Of a stretch of DNA of 64,000 nucleotides, positions 11,060 through 23,423 are shown one piece after another. Each line of letters starts with the position of its first letter. Positions within the stretch are counted from its first letter, which is position 1. The notes below the pieces were generated by a model. It searched no databases. It saw only the letters and a list, made by a program, of their open reading frames with translations, and was not told the origin of the DNA. A program made the translations under genes and the position numbers. Source of the DNA: Heterodontus francisci (lineage: Eukaryota); assembly GCF_036365525.1 (NCBI RefSeq), contig NC_090415.1, positions 8,680,001-8,744,000 on the forward strand, in the 5' to 3' direction.

Positions 11060-13075
11060 TTTATTACATTTCTAATTTTTTTGTCATCTGCAAATTTTGA
11101 AATTGTGCCCTGTACCCCTAGCACAATCCATCAATGTATATTAAAGTAGTAGTGTTCCTAGTACTGAACCATGTGGAATTCAACTGTATATCACCATCTA
11201 GTAAGAAAAAAACCCATCAAAATACTCAGCTTCCTATGCCTTAGCCAATATTATACCCATGCTTCTTCTGTGCTTTTATCTCATAGGCTTCAATTGTTCT
11301 GAAAAACCTAATATGTGTTACTTGGTCAAAACCTTTTGAAAGAACAGCGATGCAATATCAACTGCATTGCACTCAACCAGCCTTTGTTAAATCATCCAGA
11401 AACTCAGTCAAGTTAGTCAAACACAATTTGTCTTCAACAAATCTGTGCAGGCTCTCCTTTATTAGTCCATACTTGGCCGAGTGGTAGTTAATATTCTCCA
11501 GGATGATGCATTCTTAAAGCTTCTTACTGTTTCCACTGGCAGAGAGGTCAGTAACTGTGGGACACCGATTTAAGATAATAAGCAACTAAAAACTACGGGA
11601 GAAATTAGGAACTTTAAAAAAAAAATCTGAACATGTTGTTGTGAGCTGGAATGCATTTACTAAATGTGTGTTGAAACTGAATCGAAAGTAATGTTCAAAA
11701 TGTTATTGGATACCTAATTAAAAAGGAATAAAAAACCAAGGAATCTGTGCCCCCTGGTAATTGAGCCATCTGCTCGGGGAAACAGGTCCTTCCAGTCTAC
11801 TCTATCTAGGCCCCTCATAATTTTGTACACCTCAATCTTGTACCCTCAGCCTCTTCTGTTCTAAGGAAAACAACCCTAGCCTATCCAATCTTTCCTCATA
11901 GCTGCAACTTTCAAGCCCTGGCAACATTCTTGTAAATCTCCTCTGCACTCTCTCCACAGCAACTAGTGTGGCTGGCCTTTTTTCATTATTTCTGTGCTCA
12001 AACCAAATGGCCTCATTTGATGATTCATTTAGTATATCATCACTCCTCACAGCTGTAATCAATAATTCTACACCCCCTCCTTCAGTCACTGCAATGGAAC
12101 TGAATACCCAGCGTTTGATATAACTCGCAGCCGATCCTACACGGCTCGTTTTGCACCACTTCCAAGACAAATTTCTAGCCCATTATATTTGTTCTACTGT
12201 GGCTCAGTTTCAGGATATTTTAACTCAGCTTTATTATATATCAGTGTGATTCAGAATTTTGAACCCATGCTTTGTTTTAGTTCAATGTGAGGTCGATAAG
12301 GTATTTGTTTTCTGCTGCAGGTCAATGTGAGATGGATAGTGTATCTGTGCCCTGTGGTAGAACAGTGTGACATGGTTATTGATTCGATCTGTACTCTCGC
12401 ATTTGATGGTGTAATTATTACAAATTGTTATTCCTGTAATTAATAATGCACATGCTGTGTGCAATGACCTTAGCCCATATGTTCTTGCTTTGTCTTACTG
12501 TAATTCTGATTATGGTGGGAACCACAATCTTGTCATATCTTAGGGACGGGTCGAACATCATGCAATCTTATAATGATACAGCACCGGTGGAGTCCATTCA
12601 GCCCTTTGTACTTGTACTGGGTCTTCAAAAATCGCTTTTGCTTGCTCTTTCCCTATAGACATGTGTTTCACCCCTTTATCCATATCTCTTTTAAAAGTTG
12701 TTATTGATTCTACCTCCAACCACACAATGCATTCCAGATAACAATAACTCTCTGTGTTAAAGTATTTTCCCCATGTCACCTCCAGTTTTTTTTTTGCCTA
12801 TCAACTTAAATCTGAATCCTTTGCAACACTTCTGCCACTGGAAACAATAGCACTTCAATTATTCCATCGAACCGCCCATGATTTTGAACACCTCTGTGAA
12901 ATCCTCTCTTAACCTTCTCTGATCTAAGGAGAACCACATCAGCTTCTCCTGTCTCTCAATGCAACTGCAGTCCCTCATCTCTGATACCATTCTTGTAAAT
13001 GTTTTCTGCACCCGCCTTCCCATAGTCTGGTATTCAGAATGGAACAAAATATTCTAACTGAGGACCAACCAGTAT
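11060..13075. mobile_element. Cluster of old CR1 fragments (mostly minus strand) with unassigned sequence between them
   Basis: VERVQRRFTRMLPG and RRLREDFTEVFKIM motifs; APE-region relic near 11960-12120. Confidence 0.7.
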
Positions 13076-13121
13076 GTCTCAATTGGTAGGAGAGCGGAGG
13101 AACAACAAAGGAAAATTATCT

Positions 13122-13823
13122 CTGCTCAGTCCGCAAGCAGGACCCTGAGCTTCCGGTTGCTTGCCATTTCAACACTCCCCCCTGCTCTCATGCTCACATC
13201 TCTGTCCTGGGATTGCTGCAGTGTTCCAGTGAACATCAACGCAAGCTCGAGGAACAGCATCTCATTTACCGATTAGGCACACTACAGCCTGCCGGACTGA
13301 ACATTGAGTTCAATAATTTCAGAGCATGACAGCCCCCCATTTTACTTTCATTTTTAGTTATTTTTTCTTCCTTTTTTTAACATTCTTTTTTACATTTTTT
13401 ACAATCTTTTTTTTGCATTTATTTCATTTCATCTTTGTTTGTTCAGTTTGCTTACCCACTGTTTTTTTTTCAGGTTTGCACTTGCTGCTGGTCAATATTC
13501 AGTGTATTTACACCTAATCTGTACTAATGCTTTGTCTTTCAATACACCATTAACATATTGTTTGCCTTTGCTCCGTGACCTTTTGGTCAGCTATGTGGCC
13601 CGGTCCAATCTAGATCTCCTTTGTTATCTCTTGCCCCACCCCCACCTCACTTGCTTATAACCTGTGACTTTTCTAATATTTGTCAGTTCCGATGAAGGGT
13701 CACTGACCCGAAATGTTAACTCTGCTTCTCTTTCCACAGATGCTGCCAGACCTGCCGAGTGATTCCAGCATTTCTTGTTTTTATTTCAGATTTCCAGCAT
13801 CCGCAGTATTTTGCTTTTATTTT
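13122..13823 (+). mobile_element. Penelope-like element 3' fragment (GIY-YIG C-terminus plus terminal repeat)
   Basis: Translates as ...PVACHFN...RKLEEQHLIYRLGTLQPAGLN..., typical of a PLE endonuclease end. Followed by the terminal motif ccgatgaagggtcactgacccgaaa...gatgctgccagacctg...ccagcatccgcagta. Confidence 0.85.
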
Positions 13824-14224
13824 AAGGAAAATTATCTTACTATCTTAAAGCTATGCAAAGAGTGGATTGCCTGAGATACTGGATGATTTTTTTCCTGCCA
13901 ACTAATGCCAACCAGTCGTTATTTTGATTCGCTTACACAACTAATTTGTGTTTACAGTTCTGAGCCGAGGATTTCACAGGCATATATAAGGAGTGTGTAC
14001 ATTTTAATTTCAGTTGGATGTAAGCATCTAACCAGATGACACAATTAGACCCCCGGTATACCTCAGAACAATGATGGTGGACAGTGGAATGCGACTGTGG
14101 ACAATTAGCTTTATCGCTGCACAAAAAGAAAACACAATATTTTCAGACATATTTGCTTAAAATGTAAAACGTGAACACCTTCCTTCCCCAATTTCTTCAC
14201 TGTCTATGTCAATCATAATTTAAT

Positions 14225-14810
14225 GGGTAGCACTCTGCCTATCAGGCAAATCCGAAGACTTAAACACAAATTCCAGACTGCTGCTTCAATGCAGCACTGA
14301 GGGACTGCGACACCATCAGTGGTGCCATCTTGTGGATGAATTGCTGAACTGACGCCCTTCTGTTCTCTCAAGTGAATGAATGATATCCAGTGTTTTTGAA
14401 GGAGAGTCCTCCCATGGCGGCCAAACAACATCAGGAAAAGAGATTAACTAGTAATCTATAAGAACATATGTACAGACAAAATAGGAGCAGGCCATACAGC
14501 CCCTCGACTCTGCTCTGCCATTCAGTAAAATCATGGTTGCTCTTCCACCCTCACACCAGCTTTCCACTCTATCCCCATATCCTATTCTGGCTCAACAACA
14601 GGAAATGTTGGAAATACTCGGCAGGTCAGGCAGCATCTGTGGACAGAAAAAAAAACAGAGCTAACATTTTAAATCTGGCTTGTAGAGGCTCGCTGTGCTC
14701 ATATTAGCTGCCACGTTTCATACTTTACAACACTTTGAGAATACTTAATTGGTTGTAAAGCACAATTGGACGTCCTGGGGACATAAAAGTTGCTATATAG
14801 CCCTTCATTC
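14225..14810 (+). mobile_element. Old SacSINE1/DeuSINE-like SINE, interrupted by a CR1 tail and a PLE end (about 14460-14675)
   Basis: Recognised blocks tgcagcactgaggga...ggtgccatctt...ggatga and gctgccacgtttc...ttggttgtaaagc...ggacgtcctg...gctatata. Confidence 0.6.
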
Positions 14811-15379
14811 CTTCTTAACAGATAGATCATTTGACCAAGCTTTTGGTCACTGCCCTAATGTCTTTTCTATCCAACTCAGAGTCAATTTTGCCTCTGTTGA
14901 CATTTGTTTGAAGGACGTTGGGACTATGTTAAAAATGCTACATAAATGCAAATGCTACAACAATACTAACTTCTCTACGCTGTTCACTAACAAGAGTCAG
15001 CTCATTGAAGCCTTACGAATGACATTCCCCACTGGTCTCAGGAGCAATTTCCAGGATGATTCACAATGGCAGGATTGTTCCCATTCTGTTTCACTTTTCG
15101 CTGTCCACACTCTGCCCGAGAATGGCCTCTCCCTTCCCTCCCATTCTGTCCATGCTCCCCTGAAAATTGTTACACGTTAAAATGTCGATCTCTGTGCCCA
15201 GCTGTAGACACCATCCCAAAGCCACGTGCTGCTGTAAGCAGGATGCCCCTTATACTGGGGTGTGTTAGCCTGGAGTGGGCATTGAATCCCAGACCTTCTA
15301 ACCAGAGGTGAGAGACCGAAACACTAAGCTGCATTGCATACCGAGAGACGTTTTAAAACATTTGGCTAAAGATTGCAAC

Positions 15380-15815
15380 AGCAGAATGTTACCAGGGCTG
15401 CGAGGGATAGGTAATAAGGAGAGATTGCAGAAACTAGATTTGCATTCCTTGGAATATAGAAGGTTGGGATATTATTTGATTGAAGTTTCTATGATTTGTA
15501 AAGTAATTGATAAACTAGATAGTGAGACACTTTCTTTGGCTGTTGGGGGAGTCTAGGACAACAGGACATCATCGTAAAATCAGAAGCAGGACATTCAGGA
15601 GACAAGTAAGGACAAACCTCCTCATAGTGAGACAGATGTGTTGAAATCAAGCAAAAAATGAAATAACAGATGCTGGATCAAGTAATAATTTTAAATCTGA
15701 CATTGATTGATTTTTTGCTAGCCAAGTTTCTAAATGGATATGGGGCCAAGGTGATTGGATGGAATTAGTATACACATCAGCCAAAATCTCAAGGTGTTGA
15801 ATGGTCTACTGCTGT
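15380..15815 (+). mobile_element. Old CR1 3' fragment
   Basis: RMLPGL...ERLQKLDLHSLEYRRL. Confidence 0.8.
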
Positions 15816-15819
15816 TTGT

Positions 15820-17050
15820 ATTGTGCATTCCTTTGTACAGAATGTGAATGTGGGATCTGTTTTGTCTCTGTTCATGTCTGGTACTGTATGTGAGTAAGAT
15901 TCTTTTTGTACCTCTCAATTCCTGCTCTGTGCATGTGCGCGAGATTTGTTCTAAATCTATCTGTGTCTAATATTACACTGGTGTGTGAGGTTCATTCCGT
16001 GTTGGACAGTCTCTGGTATTATATCTGTCTTTGTGAAAGACATCCTGTATCCATCATTCTGTGTTACCGAATGTGAATGTGCTACTAATTATGTGTTCAA
16101 TGTTCTCTGCTTTTGAATGTGCACATGTGAGATTCCTTTTAGTCTCTGGACATTTATGTTGCTTTGAGATGAATTCTGTGCTAGATATGTAGGGTGAATG
16201 TGCAATTGGTTCTGAATCTGCCTTACTATGGTGATGAGTGTATTCCTAATTCTCTATCTGTCAGTCTGTTACTTTACATGCATGGAAGATTCATTCGGTA
16301 GCTGTTACTTTGAGTGTGAAATTCACTATGGAACATCATTGTGTCTGAGTGTTGGAGTCATAATGTAGCTACCTGTCTCAGCAGCTGTGTAGGAGTTTGG
16401 GATGCATTCTGCATCCATCATTACCTTCGCCAAAATGTCAGTGTGATTCGCTCTGAGTCACTCAGTCACAGGTAACTGTGAGTGATTTTCAATATATCAT
16501 CCACTGTTTCTTAGTGTATTGCTTTGAGCCTCTCAATCTCTGCTCCGGTTTGTGATTGTGGCACTGATTATTCATCTGTTAGACTAGAAATGTATGTGAC
16601 TGTGAGATTCATTATGCAATGTAAATCCCTTGTCTTATTCTTTCTCTGCATCACTGTTGAATTCTGTTCCTTCTCTGCCTTCCCTACGCCATGCCAGTGC
16701 GAGTTTATCTGTGACTTTCACAGGAGGAGATGTGGTTTAGTCCATTAGAGCCATTTCTCTGTCCTTGATCATCTGTGTTGACTGCCACTCTATTAGTGCT
16801 TATCAGTTTGTGTGGGTAAGGGAGTGAAAGTGGATTTGCCTGTCAAAGCGATAGGTTTGGACATGGAAACAACATCTGATTCTATTGCTTTATGTGACTG
16901 TCTAACACTGGACCTTCATATCTACATGGGACTGATGGTTTCTGCTGTCTGTGACATTCTGTGGGAGATAGTGTACTTAAACGAGTGTGAGAAGGACCTG
17001 TCTTCACTGTTCCTTTCATTGTGTGGAGGAAAGGGTACATCTACACAAGT
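15820..17050 (+). repeat. Highly degenerate TG-rich ~41-bp satellite block
   Basis: Recurrent tgtgaatgtg / gattcattc / ctgtcagt, same orientation as the blocks at 31-42 kb. Confidence 0.5.
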
Positions 17051-17155
17051 TCATGGAAGTATTCTGCTATAAGTATAATGATAGAAGAACATTATTAGTC
17101 CTAACATAGGAGTAGATGCAGCGAGGAGCATAACGATAAAGTTATAATTAATATA

Positions 17156-17507
17156 TTTAGTTTAGTTTAGAGATACAGCACTGAAACAGGCCCTTTGGCT
17201 CACCGAGTCTGTGCCGACCATCAACCACCCATTTATACTAATCCTACACTAATTCCATATTCCTACCACATCCCCACCTGTCCCTATATTTCCCTACCAC
17301 CTACCTATACTAGGGGAAATTTATAATGGCCAATTTACCTATCAACCTGCAAGTCTTTTGGCTGTGGGAGGAAACCGGAGCACCCGGAGGAAACCCAAGC
17401 AGACACAGGGAGAACTTGCAAACTCCACACAGGCAGTACCCAGAATTGAACCCGGGTCGCTGGAGCTGTGAGGCTGTGGTGCTAACCACTGCGCCACTGT
17501 GCCGCCC
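17156..17507 (-). mobile_element. Full-length HE1/V-SINE-type SINE
   Basis: tRNA-like head with A box TGGCGCAGTGG and B box GGTTCAATTC; CR1-type tail (CTAAA)n. Confidence 0.93.
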
Positions 17508-17769
17508 CAATTTATTTGTTTCATATAAATTAAAATATCGGAAGAGAGGAAACCATGATACAAACAGTCATTATCTGATCACACTGCAGTCCAGCAACAT
17601 TCAGATTTTCCATTTCAAGTGTGTGCAGGATGGTTGTAATTTGTCAGCATACAGACAAAACCCAAACCCGGTACTTATTAATAAAACTACTGAATTCAGC
17701 AATGACCTAGTTGCTGTCCAGGTCCTTCGAACTCAACAACAGCACAGTTCTGGAGAATCAGAAAAATGT

Positions 17770-18710
17770 TTATGGCACAGAAAGAGGCCATTTGGTCCAT
17801 CGTGTCTGTGCCGGCCTAAAATAAAAAGCCACCCAGCCTATTCACACTTTCCTGCATTTTACGGTGCTTCAGGTGCACACCCAGGCACCTTTTAAATGAC
17901 ATGAGGTTTCTTTGCATCCACCATTTCAGGCAGTGGGCTATAGAGCCCTACCACCCTCTGGCTGAAATAAAAGTTCCTCATCTCCCCGCGAGTACCTCTA
18001 CCAATCACTTTATATCTATGCCCCATGTCATTGACCACTCTGCTCAGGTAAATAGCCAGTTCCCCCCTACTCTACCCAGGCCCCGCATAATTTCGTACAT
18101 CTCAATCAAATCTCCCCCCAGCCTCCTCCGTTCCAAGGAAAACACCCCAGCCTATCTAATTTTTCCTCATAGCTGCAATTTTCCAGTCCTGGCAATATCC
18201 TCAAATCTCCTCAGTACCTTTTCTGGTGCAATTACATCCTTTCTGTAATGAGGTGACCAGAACTGCACACAGCACTCATGTGGTGGCCTTACAAACCAAT
18301 TATACAGTTCCAGAATAACCTCCCTGCTCTTATATTCTCTACCTCGGCTAATGAAGGAAAGGATTCCATATGACTTCTTAACCACCCCCTTGTCGACCTG
18401 TTCTGCTACCTTAAGGGATCGGTGGGCATACACTCCAAGGTCCCTCACTTCATCTACACCTCTCAGCATCCTCCCCTTTATTGTGTATTCCTTTGCCTTG
18501 TTTGACTTTCCCAAATGCATTACCTTACACTTCTCCCGGTGGAATTCCATTTGCCACTTTTCTTCCCACATGGCCAGTCCATTGATATCTACCTGCAGTC
18601 TACAGCTATTCTCCTCGCTATCAACCACACGGCTAATATTTGTGTCGTCTGCAAACTTCTTGATCATCCCCCACACCACCCCCCCTGCATTTATGTCCAA
18701 ATCGTTCATA
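17770..18710 (-). mobile_element. CR1 LINE 3' fragment
   Basis: KFADDT, WQMEF, VRPPHECCVQFWSPHY. Confidence 0.9.
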
Positions 18711-19059
18711 CCACAAAAAGCAGGGGATCTGGAACTGAGCTACTGGAAACAGCCCTCCGGTCACAAAAACAAACTCAGCGCAGGGAACCAAAGGAACCCA
18801 ATCTTTGAAATGAGGTGACTCACACTCGTCGCCTGGTGTCTGCAGTGGGGCCTCTTTGTGAACCTCCTCAGATCCTGCTGTCTGGCTCCGTTTGAGTAAT
18901 TCACTGTCCAACGTAAAACACGGTGAGCTAGGGACTGAGCTCGGAATATTCCTCAATGACTTGAAGAAAGAATGCAACAATGATTTGAAAGATCGAGGTG
19001 ATTTACCGTCTAAGTTACCCTACAATGTACACACAGCCCGAGTATGACCTCGCCCTTCC

Positions 19060-19350
19060 CCCACTCACTCCATTTTCCGGAACCAGATCCTGCTCCACTC
19101 CGCTTCTTAAAACAGCCGTTGGTTTTACCCTGATTCAAAGGCCATTTGCGCGCACAGGCGCTGCTCTCCAGGAAGCTGCTTTTACTCTCTCCGCTCCCTG
19201 ATGCGTTCAAACCGTGATCAGCCGAGCACAGAGGAAAAGACATCCGCTGGCAAAACTGGGGACGGTGGGAGGGAGGGGGGTGCTGAACGTGCATGCGCAT
19301 TTCCTGTTACTTTAAACCTGCAGGCCTCTCTTCCTGACCAATCAGATCAA
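19060..19350. promoter_or_regulatory. Candidate CpG-containing promoter (NRF1-, ETS-, YY1- and CCAAT-like motifs)
   Basis: GTGCATGCGCA at 19289-19299, TTCCGGAA, GGCCATTT, ACCAATCAG; CpGs retained. Confidence 0.4.
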
Positions 19351-19373
19351 AGAGCGGAACAACTTGAATTTAG

Positions 19374-19709
19374 TTTCAGTTTAGTTCAGAGATACAGCAC
19401 TGAAACAGGCCCTTCGGCCCACCGAGTCTGTGCCGACCATCAACCAACCATTTATACTAATCCTACACTAATCCCATATTCCTACCACATCCCCAACTGT
19501 CTCTGTATTTCCCTACCACCTACCTATACTAGGGGCAATTTTATAATCGACCTACCAACAAGTCTTTTGGCTGTGGGAGGAAACCGGAGCACCCGGAGGA
19601 AACCCACGCAGACACATGGAGAACTTGCAAACTCCACACAGGCAGTACCCAGAATTGAACCCGGGTCGCTGGAGCCGTGAGGCTGCGGTGCTAACCACTG
19701 CGCCACTGT
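19374..19709 (-). mobile_element. HE1/V-SINE-type SINE
   Basis: Same family as 17156-17507. Confidence 0.92.
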
Positions 19710-19809
19710 GTATCGGCTTCTTAAAGGAATATATCGACCCAAAGTCCTTCAAAGGAGTGTTATCAGACAAAATTGGCATGTAAAGACATAGAATCATATT
19801 ACAATTACA

Positions 19810-20730
19810 ATCACAATTACAGCACAGAAGGAGGCCATTCGGCCCGTCGTGTCCGTCCCGGCTCTCTGCAACAACAACTCCCCGAGTCCCAATTCCCGGT
19901 CTTTTGCACTTCTTTCCCCCTCTTCAGATAAATGCCTTTTTGAAAGACAGGACGGAATCTGCCTTCACCACACTCCCAGGCTGTGCATTCTAGATCCCAA
20001 CCAAACGTCTCGTAAAGTATGTTTACTCTTTGCCATTCACCTTAAATCGGTGTCCTTTGGTTCTCAGCCCTTCCGCCAATGGGAATAGTTTCACGCTATC
20101 GACTCAGTACTGGCGCCTCGTGATTCTGAACGCCTCGATCAAATCTCCTCTGAAATTTCTCTTCTCTAAGAACAATAGCCCAGCTTCTCCAATCTATCAA
20201 CGTAACTGAAGTCCCTCATCCCAGGAAACGGTCTTGTAACTCTTTTTTGCATCCTTTCTCCTGCCTTTGCACTCTTTCTAAATTGGTCCCTGGGTGCAGA
20301 GCGTGGTCCTTTGATGAGAGGCTGCGTAAACTGAGCCTGTATTCTCTGGAGTTTAGAAGAATGAGAGGTGATTTTATTAAGACATACAAGATTCTGAAAG
20401 GGCTGGGCAGGGTAGAAGCTGAGAGAATAAAAGCAAAATACTGCGGATGCTGGAAATCTGAAACAAAAACAAGAAATGCTGGATTCACTCAGCAGGTCTG
20501 GCAGCATCTGTGGAAAGAGAAGCAGAGTTAACGTTTCGGGTCAGTGACCCTTCTTCGGAACTGAGAGATTGTTTCCACTGGTCTGGAAGTCGAGAAGGCA
20601 CAGTCTGTGGATAAGGGGCTAATTATTCAGGACTGAGATGAGGAGAAATTACTAAACTCAAGGGGTTGTGGTGAATCTTTGGAATTCTCTACCCCTGAGG
20701 CTTGCGGATGCTCCATCATTGAATACTGGG
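19810..20730. mobile_element. Two CR1 3' fragments in opposite orientation; the plus copy carries a PLE-end insertion
   Basis: YVDRLEKLG (minus strand) and SLEFRRMRGDFIKTYKIL (plus strand). Confidence 0.82.
20428..20563 (-). mobile_element. Penelope-like terminal fragment with a possible target-site duplication CTGAGAGA
   Basis: Reverse complement of 13685-13822; CTGAGAGA on both sides within the CR1. Confidence 0.75.
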
Positions 20731-20791
20731 CCGGAAGATGATCAAGCCTCCGCAAGCTGGAACACTGGGGCGGGCGAGAGCCACTGTCCAC

Positions 20792-21222
20792 TGTGTTTGT
20801 GTGCTCGGTTTCAAAGCAGCATTTCCGTGTCTCCTCTCTCCAGAATAAGTAGGTTTTCCTGCCGCAGGAGAGCACTGATGTTCTGCTGAATCTCCAAGTG
20901 GGAATTTGAGGGAAAATGTGCATTTCGATGACAGATTTTGATCAAAAAGCGGAGAAAACGTCAGCGAGCTGCTGAGGGAGGGCGAGCGGTGCGGCAATGG
21001 AACGGGTTTAACTCGCAAAAAGTCCTTTTAATTCGGGTGAAACTTTGCTCGCGGCAAGTGTTCCGATCATGGAGACAGGACGGGCCTCTTCTGGGGCTTT
21101 GGAATGTCCGATTGTCATCGGGATTGAAGAGTTTAGGAGGCAAGAGAAACACAGAACAGCCACACAGGCAGGGAGCTGAGAGCAGGCGGTCTCCGCCCAC
21201 GTCCGCTCCAGGCCTTTAAATA
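20792..21222 (+). promoter_or_regulatory. H1 promoter: TG box, AC (H1) box, GC box, HINFP-like site, TATA-like element
   Basis: TGTGTTT 20792, AAACACA 21147, CTCCGCCC 21191, ACGTCCGC ~21199, TTTAAATA ~21215. Confidence 0.8.
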
Positions 21223-21298
21223 GCGCTGTGTCGCCGCCTCTTGCTTCATTTCAGATCTAGCTCTGACAGTAAAGAGAGAAGAGAGAGACTCAGACAGG

Positions 21299-21976
21299 AT
21301 GGATACTGCTGCCAGCGAAACGGCTCCGCCTGCCGCTCAGGTCAAAGTTGCCAAGAAAAAGAAGACCGCATCCCGGTCTAAGGCAACCGGACCCACGCTG
21401 GCCGAGGTGATCTGCCAGGTTGTGGCGGCTAACCGCGATAGCAAGGGGATGTCCGCGCCCGCCATAAAGAAGGCTCTGGGCAGCAAAGGCTTTGATGGGA
21501 AGACGTTCGGCCGCCGGATCAATGTATCGATCAGGAGGCACGTGGATAAAGGCACCCTGGTGCAGACCAAGGGTAAAGGGGCTTCGGGCTCCTTTAAACT
21601 GCCGAAGGAGAAAGCTGGGGGAAAAGTGACCAAGGCGGGAAAGAAGCCAACAGCCAAAAAACCGGCAGTTAAGAAACCGGCCAAGCAATCTCCCGCCAAG
21701 AAACCGGCCAAGCAATCACCCGCCAAGAAACCGGCCAAGAAATCTCCCGCCAAGAAACTGGCCAGGAATTCTCCCGCCAAGAAAGTGAAGGGCTCGGCGG
21801 GCCCCAAAAAGGCCAAGAAAGCGGCCGCCGGTCAGAAAAAGGTTCCTGCCACGAAGGCTCGGAGCCTCAAGAAGACGAAAGCTGTCGTGAAGTCGGGGGC
21901 GGGCAAAGCGAAAGGGCCTCGCCAGCTGAAAACTCCCAAGGCAAAGAAAGCATTCAAGAAATCCCAGAAGAAGTAA
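21299..21976 (+). CDS. H1: Linker histone H1 (225 aa), replication-dependent
   Basis: ETAPPAA N-terminus, globular domain with LVQTKGKGASGSFKL, Lys/Ala/Pro-rich tail, intronless, 3' stem-loop. Confidence 0.96.
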   Translation: MDTAASETAPPAAQVKVAKKKKTASRSKATGPTLAEVICQVVAANRDSKGMSAPAIKKALGSKGFDGKTFGRRINVSIRRHVDKGTLVQTKGKGASGSFKLPKEKAGGKVTKAGKKPTAKKPAVKKPAKQSPAKKPAKQSPAKKPAKKSPAKKLARNSPAKKVKGSAGPKKAKKAAAGQKKVPATKARSLKKTKAVVKSGAGKAKGPRQLKTPKAKKAFKKSQKK

Positions 21977-22011
21977 ATCAAAGGCGCACCTTGAAAACAT
22001 CCGAACCCAAA

Positions 22012-22053
22012 GGCTCTTCTCAGAGCCACCCACCTTTCTCTAAAAAAAGAGCT
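22012..22053 (+). terminator. Histone 3' stem-loop and HDE
   Basis: GGCTCT-TCTC-AGAGCC, then ACCCA, then AAAGAGCTG. Confidence 0.93.
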
Positions 22054-22948
22054 GAGTCCGCAACTAAATGCCCCGCGTCCGGGTTATAATCTCATAGAAA
22101 TCATGCGGGATAAACAATCGTTGTACCCGTGATTTTTTATAATATAATGAAGAATTACTGCCGAGGTCCCTGTTGGACTCGGGCCCCTTCTGCCAAATAC
22201 AACCTTCAGAACAACCTTTAGTGAGGGAGCAGCGTCTTGATAGCTGTTCGGTTGTTCTAGTACACAATTGTACTGAATACTGGGGAGAGAGCGGCGGCGG
22301 TTAAACTGAGTAGAGAGTATTGAAGTAGAAGGGATGACCTAATGGACGGTTTGACGATAACAACACAATTGAAACAATGTCCTCTGGTTGTGTCGTCCAG
22401 GCAAGGAGATGTTCATTTAAGAGCCATTTGATGCCGTGAGTCGCGGGGAGGCAGAATGTATGGGAGAGGCAGAATGGCCTCGAACTTTTTGCTTTACATG
22501 TTGGAAAGCAAATCGATTCGGTCGGCACAGAAATTGGCGGTCTTTTTGAAAATGAAGCGCCATCCCAGCTCGGCCAATCGTAGTTTACACCCTATCGTTC
22601 AAGCGTCAGTGATTGGTTGGCACCCAGTCGCCCAACCAATCACTGCCCTGACCACAGTTCAAACGGCGAACTCGACAGCCACGTTCGCATTCAGAGTTCC
22701 TGCAGCTTCGATTCCTTCCGAAGATTCGGTTTTATTTAATCTTTGCGCACTTTGCTAATTTGAAATTGGCGGGCTTTTTGAAATTGATGAAATTTACACC
22801 AATCAGGGCCCAGCAATTCCCGCCGCCCTTTCACTTCCCAGAGCTCCTTTCAAACTGAAATGAAGGAAAGGGGCTGCATCCAGTCACAACACTAGGGCGG
22901 TCCCTCAACTGTCTTAAATAGGCAGTCCCTGAGCAGCCTCCGCATTAA

Positions 22949-23380
<432 letters not shown>

Positions 23381-23423
23381 ACTGACCCTGCCCTGAACTG
23401 AGTTCGGCATCAAATACCACAAC

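Noticed and set aside
17430-17507. tRNA genes at SINE 5' ends
   Set aside because: A/B boxes are followed by SINE body and CR1 tail, so these are SINE heads.
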